Shown here one piece after another: positions 16,037 through 23,885 of a stretch of 32,000 bases of DNA. How positions within the stretch are numbered: position 1 is the stretch's first letter; each line of letters opens with the position of its first letter. The DNA comes from Kineococcus radiotolerans SRS30216 = ATCC BAA-149 (GTDB lineage: Bacteria; Actinomycetota; Actinomycetes; Actinomycetales; Kineococcaceae). The position numbers were made by a program, and so were the translations under genes. The notes under the pieces are model-generated. The model saw only the letters and a program-made list of their open reading frames with translations, did no database searches and was not told the DNA's origin. The stretch covers positions 3,330,001 through 3,362,000 of the forward strand of contig NC_009664.2 of assembly GCF_000017305.1 (NCBI RefSeq), given 5' to 3'.

Positions 16037-17226
16037 CGCACCGCCCGCAGCTGCGGGGCGAGCATCCGCGCCAGCGCGGGTTCCACGCCCCACGCGCCGG
16101 TCAGCTCGTCGAGCTCGGCGAGCAGCTCCACCACCCGTGAGCCCTGCGGTGCGCCCGTGCGGACCGCGCGGATCATCGCGTTGCGCGGGGTGTGCGCGGA
16201 GTCGATGAACTCCACGACCTCCACGCGGTAGCCGAGCAGTTGGAGCACGAGCGCGCGCAGGGTGTCGGTGAGGACGTCGGCGAAGCGCTCGCGCAGGATC
16301 GCGTGCCGCACCAGCGGCGAGCGGTCGCCGTGGGCGACGAGCTGGCGCTGGACGTCGCGGTGGCAGCACGGGGCGGCGAGGACCAGCGGCGCCTCCCAGC
16401 GCACCGCGCGGGCCAGCGCCTCGTCGGTCGCGGTGTCGCAGGCGTGCAGCGCCATGACCACGTCCGGGGTCGCGGCCTCGAACGGGTCGGCCCCCTCGAT
16501 CGAGCCCACCGCGAACCCCAGCCCGGGCAGACCCGCCTCCGCGGCGGCCCGCCGGCCCGTCGCGACGACGTCCTCGCGCACGTCGACCCCGACGGTCGCC
16601 AGCTCCCGTCCGGTCTCCCGCGCCCGCTCGCCGAGCCAGCGGTGCGCGGCGAAGGTCAGGTAGGCGTTGCCGCACCCGAGGTCCACGGCCCGGACCACCG
16701 GGCCGGAGCGCTCCAGCACCGCGGGGGTCAGCGGGGCGAGCTGCCGCACGAACGCCTCCACCTGCCGCCGCTTGTCCCCGCCGGCGCCGAGGACGCGGAA
16801 CAGCGGGTCGTCGGGGTCGACGAGCCGCTCCTTGGCCTTGTCGTGGCGCTGCGGCCCCGCGGCGTGCTCGGCGGGGGCGCGGTGGACCTGCGCCTCGCCC
16901 CGCTTGGTGATCCGGACCTGGACGACCTCGCGCGCGGTCTCCACGTGGAGGTTCCCGTAGGGCTGCGCCAGCAGCTCGTCGACGGCACCGCCTGCCTCCG
17001 CCACCGCGACGTTGCGGGTGGTCACGACCGGGCCGGTGCGGGCGGTGAACTGCAGGTGGGGGCCGTTCTTCAGCTGCACCGGCCGCACCTCGACCCGCTC
17101 GGCCGGCGGCGGTTCGAGCCCGCGGCGGCGTCCCGCGGCCACGGCGCGGGCGAGCTGCCCGGTGTCCAGCAGCAGGGCGCGGACGTCGGCGAGGGCGGTC
17201 GGGAGGTCGGTGGGCACGGGGTCCAT
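16021..17226 (-). CDS. Class I SAM-dependent methyltransferase with a ~180-aa N-terminal domain of unknown function
   Basis: 401 aa. SAM motif I VDLGCGNAYLTF, then VGVDV and MALHACDTATD. ATG start at 17226. The 3' end overlaps the DUF1540 gene by 16 nt. Confidence 0.8.
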   Translation of the reverse strand: MDPVPTDLPTALADVRALLLDTGQLARAVAAGRRRGLEPPPAERVEVRPVQLKNGPHLQFTARTGPVVTTRNVAVAEAGGAVDELLAQPYGNLHVETAREVVQVRITKRGEAQVHRAPAEHAAGPQRHDKAKERLVDPDDPLFRVLGAGGDKRRQVEAFVRQLAPLTPAVLERSGPVVRAVDLGCGNAYLTFAAHRWLGERARETGRELATVGVDVREDVVATGRRAAAEAGLPGLGFAVGSIEGADPFEAATPDVVMALHACDTATDEALARAVRWEAPLVLAAPCCHRDVQRQLVAHGDRSPLVRHAILRERFADVLTDTLRALVLQLLGYRVEVVEFIDSAHTPRNAMIRAVRTGAPQGSRVVELLAELDELTGAWGVEPALARMLAPQLRAVRQAAA

Positions 17227-17260
17227 CCTCCCCCCGCCGCGACCGCGCCCCGCACGGACC

Positions 17261-18547
17261 TCAGGCCGCGGCGGAGTCCCGCTCGTCGCGGGCGAGGGGC
17301 ACGATCCGCAGGTGCGGGCTGGTGCGCAGCGACCACCCGACCCGGACCCGCGCCCGGCGCAGCAGGTAAACCCCGACGACGACCGCGACGAGGACCGAGG
17401 GGATCGAGCCGACGAGGATCGACCACTGCGGGCCGAACCGGGTGCCGACCCAGCCGACGAACGGGCCGCCGACGACGGTGCCGCCCTGCACGAGGGACAT
17501 GTAGATCGCCATGACCCGCCCGCGCATGCGCGGTTCGGTGCTCAGCTGCACCGTCGCGTTGGCCGCGGTCAGCAGGGTCAGCGAGGCCAGGCCCGTGAAG
17601 GGCAGGACGACGAGGTAGAGGACGTAGGTCGGCATCAGGGCGGCCGCCGAGGAGAGCACCCCGAAGGCGGTCGCGGCCCCGATGAGCAGCCGGTGGCGGG
17701 GGCGCTCGCGGCGGGCGGCGACGAGGGCCCCGGCCAGCGACCCGACGGCGAGCGCGGTGCCGGCCAGGCCGAACCCGGCGGAGCCGGTGCGGAACTCCAC
17801 GCTGGTCATGAGGGCGCTGGTCAGCTGGAAGTTCAGGCCGAACGTCCCGACGACCCCGACGAGGACGAAGACCGCCATCAGCTCCGGGCGGGCCCGGACG
17901 TAGGCCAGGCCCTCCCTCATCCCGCCCGTCCCGACGGCCGGCCTCACCCGGGGGACCGGGTGCGCGGGCCGCATGAGGTGCAGCACGACCAGCGGGGCGG
18001 CGAAGGAGAGGGCGTTGAGCAGGAACACCGGCCCGGTGCCGATCCAGGCGATGAGCACCCCGGCCAGCGCCGGCCCGAGGAGGCGGGCGGAGTTGAAGGA
18101 CGCGGAGTTCAGGCCGATCGCGTTGGGCAGGTCCTCGCGGGGGACGAGCTGGCTGACGAACGTCTGCCGCACGGGCCCGTCGATCGCCGAGGCGCAGCCG
18201 AGCAGCGCGGCGAGCACGTAGACGTGCCAGAGCTCGGCCCGTCCCGACATCACGAGGACGGCCATCACCAGCCCGAGGAACCCCATGGCGGCCTGGGTGG
18301 CCATGAGCGTGCGGCGCTGGGGGAAGCGGTCGGCGATGGTGCCCGCGACGGGGGCCAGCAGCAGGATCGGGCCGAACTGCAGCCCGGTCGTGATGCCGGC
18401 GGCCGTGCCGGAGCCGTCGGTGAGGACCTGGATGACCAGCCAGTCCTGGGCCACCCGCTGCATCCAGGTGCCGGTGTTGGAGACGATCGAGCCCGCGGCC
18501 CAGAGGCGGTAGTCGCGGTGCCGCAGGGAGCGGAAGGTCTGGTTCAC
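17261..18547 (-). CDS. MFS transporter (EntS/MFS_3-like efflux type)
   Basis: 428 aa, about 12 TM. N-terminus FRSLRHRDYRLWAAGSIVSNTGTWMQRVAQDWLV is typical of this MFS subfamily. The GTG start overlaps the MarR stop (GTGA at 18544-18547). Confidence 0.88.
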   Translation of the reverse strand: MNQTFRSLRHRDYRLWAAGSIVSNTGTWMQRVAQDWLVIQVLTDGSGTAAGITTGLQFGPILLLAPVAGTIADRFPQRRTLMATQAAMGFLGLVMAVLVMSGRAELWHVYVLAALLGCASAIDGPVRQTFVSQLVPREDLPNAIGLNSASFNSARLLGPALAGVLIAWIGTGPVFLLNALSFAAPLVVLHLMRPAHPVPRVRPAVGTGGMREGLAYVRARPELMAVFVLVGVVGTFGLNFQLTSALMTSVEFRTGSAGFGLAGTALAVGSLAGALVAARRERPRHRLLIGAATAFGVLSSAAALMPTYVLYLVVLPFTGLASLTLLTAANATVQLSTEPRMRGRVMAIYMSLVQGGTVVGGPFVGWVGTRFGPQWSILVGSIPSVLVAVVVGVYLLRRARVRVGWSLRTSPHLRIVPLARDERDSAAA

Positions 18548-18993
18548 TCGCTGATCACCGTGCGCAGGATCCGGGCGGCCTCGGCCAGGGTGGCGCGCTC
18601 GGCGTCGGTGAGGGTCTCCAGGCGCCGGCTCAGCCAGGCCGCGCGCCGGGCCCGGGTCTCCTCGACGACGCCGCGCCCGGCGGGGGAGACGGTGATGAGC
18701 ACCTGGCGGCCGTCGTCGGGGTGGCCGGCGCGCTCGACCAGGCCCTGCTCGACGAGGCCGGCGATGGTGCGCGTCATCGAGGGCGGGCGCACGTGCTCGG
18801 CCTCGGCGAGCTCGCCGGGGGTGCGCGGACCCTGGGTGAACAGGTGCGCCAGGACCGAGAACTGGGCGTCGGAGAGCTCGTCGACGCTCTTCTCGGCCCG
18901 CAGCCGGCGGGCGGTCCGCAGGAGCGAGACGCGCAGGTCGACGGCGAGCTGGTCGGTGGTGGGAGGAGCGGGGCGGGTCCGGGCGGCGGGCAC
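18544..18993 (-). CDS. MarR-family transcriptional regulator
   Basis: LSDAQFSVLAHLFTQGPRTPGELAEAEHVRPPSMTRTIAGLVEQGLVERAGHPDDGRQVLITVSPAG is a winged HTH. GTG 18993 was preferred because GC3 collapses (~64%) in the 18994-19086 extension; alternative ATG at 19086. Confidence 0.85.
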   Translation of the reverse strand: MPAARTRPAPPTTDQLAVDLRVSLLRTARRLRAEKSVDELSDAQFSVLAHLFTQGPRTPGELAEAEHVRPPSMTRTIAGLVEQGLVERAGHPDDGRQVLITVSPAGRGVVEETRARRAAWLSRRLETLTDAERATLAEAARILRTVISE

Positions 18994-19001
18994 CGCTCCA
19001 C

Positions 19002-19027
19002 GGTAATCCTTAGGTGAGCTAATTACC
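19002..19027. promoter_or_regulatory. AT-rich palindromic element (putative MarR operator/promoter)
   Basis: GGTAAT-CCTTAGG-TGAGCTA-ATTACC has outer 6-bp inverted repeats plus internal CCTtAGG, AGCT and AATT palindromes. The 30-bp window is ~47% GC against a ~74% background. It lies immediately upstream of the MarR start. Confidence 0.45.
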
Positions 19028-19164
19028 ACCGGCAACGACCCTGCGGGGTGCGGGCGGGAAACACCGTCGAGCTTCCCTGGATGCATACGGCGCGTTAGGA
19101 TCGGTCACGTTGTGTAGCACCGGTCGGGTTCCCCGGCCCGCGGCGTGGAGGGTGGGACGAACGA

Positions 19165-21360
19165 GTGAGCGGTTCCCCGGCGGCCTCGGCCACCCGCAGG
19201 GCGCGTCGAGCGCTGGAGCGGGCGGCAGCGTCCGCGTCCGAACGGCACGAACCCGTCCTGGAGGTCACCGCGCCCCCCCAGGTCCTCGACCCCGGGCCGG
19301 ACCTGCTGCGCGCCCAGCGGCGCCTCGCCGAGTCCCAGGACCTCGCCGCCCTCGCGGAGGAGCTCGTCGCCGAGGTCCACCGCTGCGGGCACCAGCGCGT
19401 CCTGCTGCTGGAGACCGTCGCCCGCTCCCGCCACCGGGAGCTGGAGGTGCTCACCGCCCGCGGCGACCTCTGCCCGGCCCCCGGCCACCGGCTGACCGGC
19501 GGCGACCTCACCCGGATGGCGCCCACCGCCGTCGTCGAGCTCGTCCCCGGCCACCCCCGCGCCCCCCGGCTCGCGGTCTGGGGGACCGTCGCCGGCTCCA
19601 CCCTCGAGGTCCTGGCCTCCGCCGGCGGTGCGGTCTGGCGCGCGCTGGTCGCCACCGAGGAGGCCCGCCGCGCTGCGCGCGAGGCCACCGGGGCGCAGCT
19701 GCTGCTGTCCGGGGCGCTGCGCCTGGCGGGCCTCGGCTCCTGGTCCTGGGACCCCGCGACCGGCGTCGTCCGCCTCGACGACCGGCTGCGGCGGATGCTC
19801 GGCCTGTGCCCCACCGACCCCGACCCCGACCTGGAGACCTGGCGCAGCGGGATCCACCCCGACGACCGCGGCCCCTTCACCGGGGTCGAGGACCCCGCCG
19901 CGCACGTCGGGACCTCCGCCCCGTACCCCTTCCGGGTCACCTCCGCCGACGGCACCGAGCGCACCTTCCTCGGGATGAGCGTCCCGCTGGCCACCACCAG
20001 CTCCAGCGCCGTGCAGGGTCTCGTCCTCGACGTCTCGGCGGGGGAGAAGTCCACCGGCGAGCTCGTCCGCCTCGCCCAGTGCGACTCCCTCACCGGCCTG
20101 GCCAACCGCTCGGTCATGGACCTGCGCCTCGTCGAGGCGCTGGAGACCGCGACCCCCACCGACGCCGTCGCCCTCGTGCTGCTCGACCTCGACCGCTTCA
20201 AGCTCGTCAACGACACCCTCGGCCACCAGATCGGCGACGCGCTGCTGCGCCAGGTCGCCGTCCGCCTGCAGGACGCCGTGCCGCCCGGAGCCGTCCTGGC
20301 CCGCCTCGGCGGCGACGAGTTCGTCGTCATGGTCCCCGGCGTCGACCGGCCCGAAGCGGTGTCGATCATGGCCCGCGACCTCCTCCGCCGGCTGCGGGCG
20401 CCCATGATGCTGCCCGGGCTGCCCGAACCCTTCGTCTGCACCTCCAGCGCCGGGATCGCCGTCGGGCACAGCGGCACCGCCGACGACCTGTTCCGCAGCG
20501 CGGACATGGCCCTCTACCGGGCCAAGGACGGCGGCCGCGACCGCGTCGCCCTCTACGACTCCGCGATGCGCCACGAGGCCCAGGCCCGCCGCGACGCCGA
20601 GCACCGCGTCCGCCGGGCGCTGCGCACCGACGGGCTGCGGGTGGTCTGGCAGCCCATCGTCAGCCTCAGCGACCACGAGATCGTCGCCGCCGAGGCCCTC
20701 GTCCGCCTCGAGGACCCCGTCGAGGGCCTGCTCGAGCCCAAGGAGTTCGTCGACACCGCCGAGGACACCGGCCTCATCGTCGACGTCGACACCTGGGTGC
20801 TCGGGGAGGTGCTGCGGCAGCTGCGCGAGTGGCGCCGCGCCGGCGTCGGCCTGCAGGTCTCCTTCAACGTCTCGGGCAAGACCCTGGAGCACCCCTCCTT
20901 CGCCCACCGCCTCGCCCACAGCGTCGAGTCCACCGGCGCCTCCGGGTCCTCGCTGCTGGCCGAGGTCACCGAGCGCACCCTCATCGACCTCTCCAGCTCC
21001 ACCCGGGCCAGCCTCGGGGAGCTGCGCAGCATCGGGGCCCGCGTCGGCCTCGACGACTTCGGGACCGGCTACTCCTCGCTGTCCTACCTCGACCGCTTCC
21101 CGCTGAGCTTCCTCAAGATCGACATGAGCTTCGTCCGCCCGCTCGGGACCTCCGACCGCGCCGAGGCCGTGGTGCGGGCGCTCATCAGCCTCGCCCACGC
21201 CCACGGGATGGTCGTCACCGCCGAGGGCGTGGAGACCGAGCTCCAGGCCGCGATGCTGCGCGACATGGGCTGCGACCGCGCCCAGGGCTACCTCTTCGGC
21301 CGCCCCGTCGTCGCCGCGGCGCTGCCCCAGGGCGTGCTCGGCCCCCGGTTCCGCCCCTAG
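19165..21360 (+). CDS. Bifunctional c-di-GMP signalling protein (N-terminal sensor region - PAS - GGDEF - EAL)
   Basis: PAS-like LGSWSWDPATGVVRLDDRLRRMLG...IHPDD. GGDEF site SLTGLANR...RLGGDEFVVMV. EAL motifs EALVRL, SFNVS, EVTE, DDFGTGYSSLSYL, KIDMSFV, EGVETE and QGYLFGRP are all intact. Confidence 0.92.
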   Translation: MSGSPAASATRRARRALERAAASASERHEPVLEVTAPPQVLDPGPDLLRAQRRLAESQDLAALAEELVAEVHRCGHQRVLLLETVARSRHRELEVLTARGDLCPAPGHRLTGGDLTRMAPTAVVELVPGHPRAPRLAVWGTVAGSTLEVLASAGGAVWRALVATEEARRAAREATGAQLLLSGALRLAGLGSWSWDPATGVVRLDDRLRRMLGLCPTDPDPDLETWRSGIHPDDRGPFTGVEDPAAHVGTSAPYPFRVTSADGTERTFLGMSVPLATTSSSAVQGLVLDVSAGEKSTGELVRLAQCDSLTGLANRSVMDLRLVEALETATPTDAVALVLLDLDRFKLVNDTLGHQIGDALLRQVAVRLQDAVPPGAVLARLGGDEFVVMVPGVDRPEAVSIMARDLLRRLRAPMMLPGLPEPFVCTSSAGIAVGHSGTADDLFRSADMALYRAKDGGRDRVALYDSAMRHEAQARRDAEHRVRRALRTDGLRVVWQPIVSLSDHEIVAAEALVRLEDPVEGLLEPKEFVDTAEDTGLIVDVDTWVLGEVLRQLREWRRAGVGLQVSFNVSGKTLEHPSFAHRLAHSVESTGASGSSLLAEVTERTLIDLSSSTRASLGELRSIGARVGLDDFGTGYSSLSYLDRFPLSFLKIDMSFVRPLGTSDRAEAVVRALISLAHAHGMVVTAEGVETELQAAMLRDMGCDRAQGYLFGRPVVAAALPQGVLGPRFRP

Positions 21361-22589
21361 CCCGACGCCGGCACCGTCCCCAGCGCGGCCTCCAGCGCGG
21401 TCCCCAGCCGCGCCACCCCCTCGTGGATCCGCGCGGGGGTGTGCGTCGTGAACGACAGCCGCAGCGTCGCCCGGTCCGGTGCCCCGGCGAAGAACGGTTC
21501 CCCGGGCACGAACGCCACCCCGGCGGCCAGCGCGCCCGGCAGCAGGGACGCGGTGTCCAGCGTGCCGCCGGGGTCCGGCAACCGGACCCAGGTGAACATG
21601 CCGCCCTCGGGGCGGGACCAGGAACTGCCCGCGGGCAGCGCGTCCGCCAGGGCCGCGAGCGCGGCGTCGCGGCGCTCGCGGTAGGCGGCGACGACGGTGG
21701 CGACGTGGGCGTCGAGGTCGGTCCGCGCCAGGTAGACCGCCGCGGCGGCCTGGTCGACGGTGGAGGTCTGCAGGTCCGCGGCCTGCTTGGCGACCACGAG
21801 CGCCGGGCGCAGCGACCTCGGGACCCGGGCCCAGCCCAGCCGCAGGCCCGGGGCGCCGGTCTTGGAGAAGCTGCCCAGGTGCACGCACCGGTCGGCGAGC
21901 GCCGGGTCCGCGGCCAGCGGGGCGACGTGCTCGCCGGAGTAGCGCAGCTCGCCGTAGGGGTCGTCCTCGACGACCCAGGTCCCGTGCTCCGCGGCGAGTT
22001 CCGCGATCCGGGCGCGCCGCGGCGCGGGGAGGGTGCGCCCGGTCGGGTTCGCGAAGTTCGGGACGAGGTACAGGACCCGCGGGCGGTGCTCCCGGAGGAC
22101 CTCCTCGACCGAGGCCGGGACGACCCCGTGCTCGTCGGCGGCGATCCCGACGACGCGCGCCCCGGCCAGCGCGAACGACTGCAGCGCAGCGAGGTAGCTG
22201 GGTTCCTCCACCGCCACGACCGCGCCGGGTTCCAGCAGGGCCGTCGTCAGCAGGCTGAGGGCCTGCTGCGAACCCGTCGTGATCAGCAGGTCGTCCGGCT
22301 CCGTCGGCAGACTGCGCCGGGTGAGGCGGGCGGCGACGAGCTCCCGCAGCGCCGGGTCGCCCTCGCTGGCCGCGTACTGGAGGTTGCGCCGCGCCGCGTC
22401 CCCGGTCAGTGCCTGCGCGTAGGCCTCGCGCAGACCCTCCACGTCGAACAGCTCCGGGGCGGGCAGCCCTCCCGCGAAGGAGATCACGTCCTCGTTCCCG
22501 ACGAGGGCGAGCAGGTCCCGGACGGGGGAGGAGCGCACCCCCGCGAGCCGGGAACCGATCGGCGGCAGGGGGGCGGGGACGGTGGGCAC
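21357..22589 (-). CDS. PLP-dependent aminotransferase family protein (class I/II fold, stand-alone MocR/LysN-like catalytic domain)
   Basis: ISFAGGLPAPELF, NFANPTGRTL, SFSKTGAPGLRLGWA (PLP lysine). GTG 22589 is preceded by GAGGAG 6 nt upstream; alternative GTG at 22649. Confidence 0.85.
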   Translation of the reverse strand: MPTVPAPLPPIGSRLAGVRSSPVRDLLALVGNEDVISFAGGLPAPELFDVEGLREAYAQALTGDAARRNLQYAASEGDPALRELVAARLTRRSLPTEPDDLLITTGSQQALSLLTTALLEPGAVVAVEEPSYLAALQSFALAGARVVGIAADEHGVVPASVEEVLREHRPRVLYLVPNFANPTGRTLPAPRRARIAELAAEHGTWVVEDDPYGELRYSGEHVAPLAADPALADRCVHLGSFSKTGAPGLRLGWARVPRSLRPALVVAKQAADLQTSTVDQAAAAVYLARTDLDAHVATVVAAYRERRDAALAALADALPAGSSWSRPEGGMFTWVRLPDPGGTLDTASLLPGALAAGVAFVPGEPFFAGAPDRATLRLSFTTHTPARIHEGVARLGTALEAALGTVPASG

Positions 22590-22755
22590 GGAGGGCTCCT
22601 CGGGGCGGCGGTGGGGTTTCGTGCCGCCCCGCGACGGTCGTGGCGTCACGGCGCGACGGGGACGCGGCCGGGGTGAGGAGCGTTCGGGCCGAGGTTACAC
22701 GGCGGGTCGCGCGCCGGGTCGGGTGTTTTCGTCCGCGCGCCGGGTCGCGCGGGGT

Positions 22756-23539
22756 TCAGGCGCCGGGCGGCACGCGGTGCACGTGCGCGGCGTCGGCCTG
22801 GGCGATCGGCCGCAGCACGACCTTGTCGAGGTCGACGTGGGCGGGGCGGGTCACGGCGAAGGCGATGACGTCCGCGACGTCCTCGGCGGTGAGGGGGGTG
22901 AGCCCCTGGTAGACCTTCCCGGCGGCCTCCGCCGACCCCAGGCGGACCACGGAGAACTCCGTCTCCACCATGCCGGGGGCGATCTCGGTGACCCGCACGG
23001 GCTCGCCCAGCAGTTCCTGGCGCAGCGTGCGGCACAGGGCGTTCACGCCGTGCTTGACCGCGGTGTACCCGCCGCCGCCGGGGTAGACCTCGAACCCCGC
23101 GATGGAGCCCAGGACGACGACGTGGCCGTTGCCGCCGCGGCGCACCCCCGCCAGCAGCGCCTGGTGGACCCGCAGGACGCCGACGACGTTGACGTCGTAC
23201 ATCGCCTTCCAGCCCTCCGGGTCGCCGTTCTCGACGGTGTCGGAGCCGAAGGCGCCCCCCGCGGAGTGCACGACGACGTCGACGTCCCCGACCTGCGCGG
23301 CCATCGCGGCGACCGACGCGGCGTCGGTCACGTCGAGGGCGACGGCGCGCCCGCCGACCTCGCGGGCCAGTTCCTCGCAGCGCTCGACGCGGCGGGCGGC
23401 GGCGACGGTGTCGAAGCCGGCGGCGGCCAGCGCCCGCACGGTGGCGGCGCCGATGCCGCTGCTGGCCCCCGTGACGAGGGGCGGTGCGGCGGCGGGGGGT
23501 CTGCGGGGCGTCGGTGGTCTGCGGGGCCATGCGGGCCAT
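22756..23539 (-). CDS. SDR-family oxidoreductase; N-terminus apparently frameshifted at G6 run 23494-23499
   Basis: LVTGASSGIGAAT (TGxxxGxG), HSAG, YTAVKHG (YxxxK), PGMVETEF. There is no in-frame ATG/GTG/TTG within 340 nt upstream of the Rossmann motif. ATGs at 23539/23530 lie in the neighbouring frame, which has 100% GC3. Confidence 0.8.
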
Positions 23540-23592
23540 CCCAGCAGACCGCGGGCTGGAGCGGCGCGCGGGGGAGGGAGGACACTGGGCGG

Positions 23593-23841
23593 GTGCCGCT
23601 GTTCCTGCCCCCCTCCCGGGCGAAGCCACCGCCCCCGCCGATGCGCACCGACGACCGGCTCGCCGTGCTCGTGGGCCTGGCGGTGTGGGCCGTGCTGCTC
23701 CTCGTGGCCGTCGCGGTGCCGGAGGTCCGCGGCACGGGTCAGGGGCGCTGGCTCGGTTCCTGCGTGGCCGGGGTGGTCCTCGGCCTCCTCGGCCTCGCCT
23801 TCGTCCACCGCCGCGACCACCGGGACCGTCGCGGCCGGTAG
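23593..23841 (+). CDS. Small two-TM membrane protein (DUF2530-like)
   Basis: Pro-rich N-terminus followed by two hydrophobic helices (LAVLVGLAVWAVLLLVAVAV; CVAGVVLGLLGLAFV). High GC3. GTG 23593 has GGGAGGA ~10 nt upstream; alternative ATG at 23641. Confidence 0.55.
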   Translation: MPLFLPPSRAKPPPPPMRTDDRLAVLVGLAVWAVLLLVAVAVPEVRGTGQGRWLGSCVAGVVLGLLGLAFVHRRDHRDRRGR

Positions 23842-23885
23842 GGCCCGGGGGCCGGTGGGACCGCGGTGCCCCCCGCCCGCGCGGG

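Noticed and set aside
18994-19086. N-terminal extension of the MarR ORF to ATG 19086.
   Set aside because: GC3 falls to about 64% there. The stretch contains the AT-rich palindrome, and the resulting N-terminus (MHPGKLDGVSRPHPAGSLPVVISSPKDYRG) is not MarR-like. It remains a possible alternative start.
22703-22751. GC-rich direct repeats (GCGCGCCGGGTCG at 22709-21 and 22735-47) flanking TGTTTTCG, considered as a terminator after the SDR gene or as a regulatory repeat.
   Set aside because: The possible stem (CCGCGCG/CGCGCGG) is followed by an A-rich rather than U-rich tract on the relevant strand. Short GC-rich repeats are expected by chance at this base composition.
23540-23820. Extension of the SDR ORF to ATG 23820 (354-aa version).
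   Set aside because: The extra ~95 aa are His/Arg/Gly/Pro-rich junk and antisense to the well-formed DUF2530-like gene. The frameshift model with ATG 23539/23530 fits GC3 much better.
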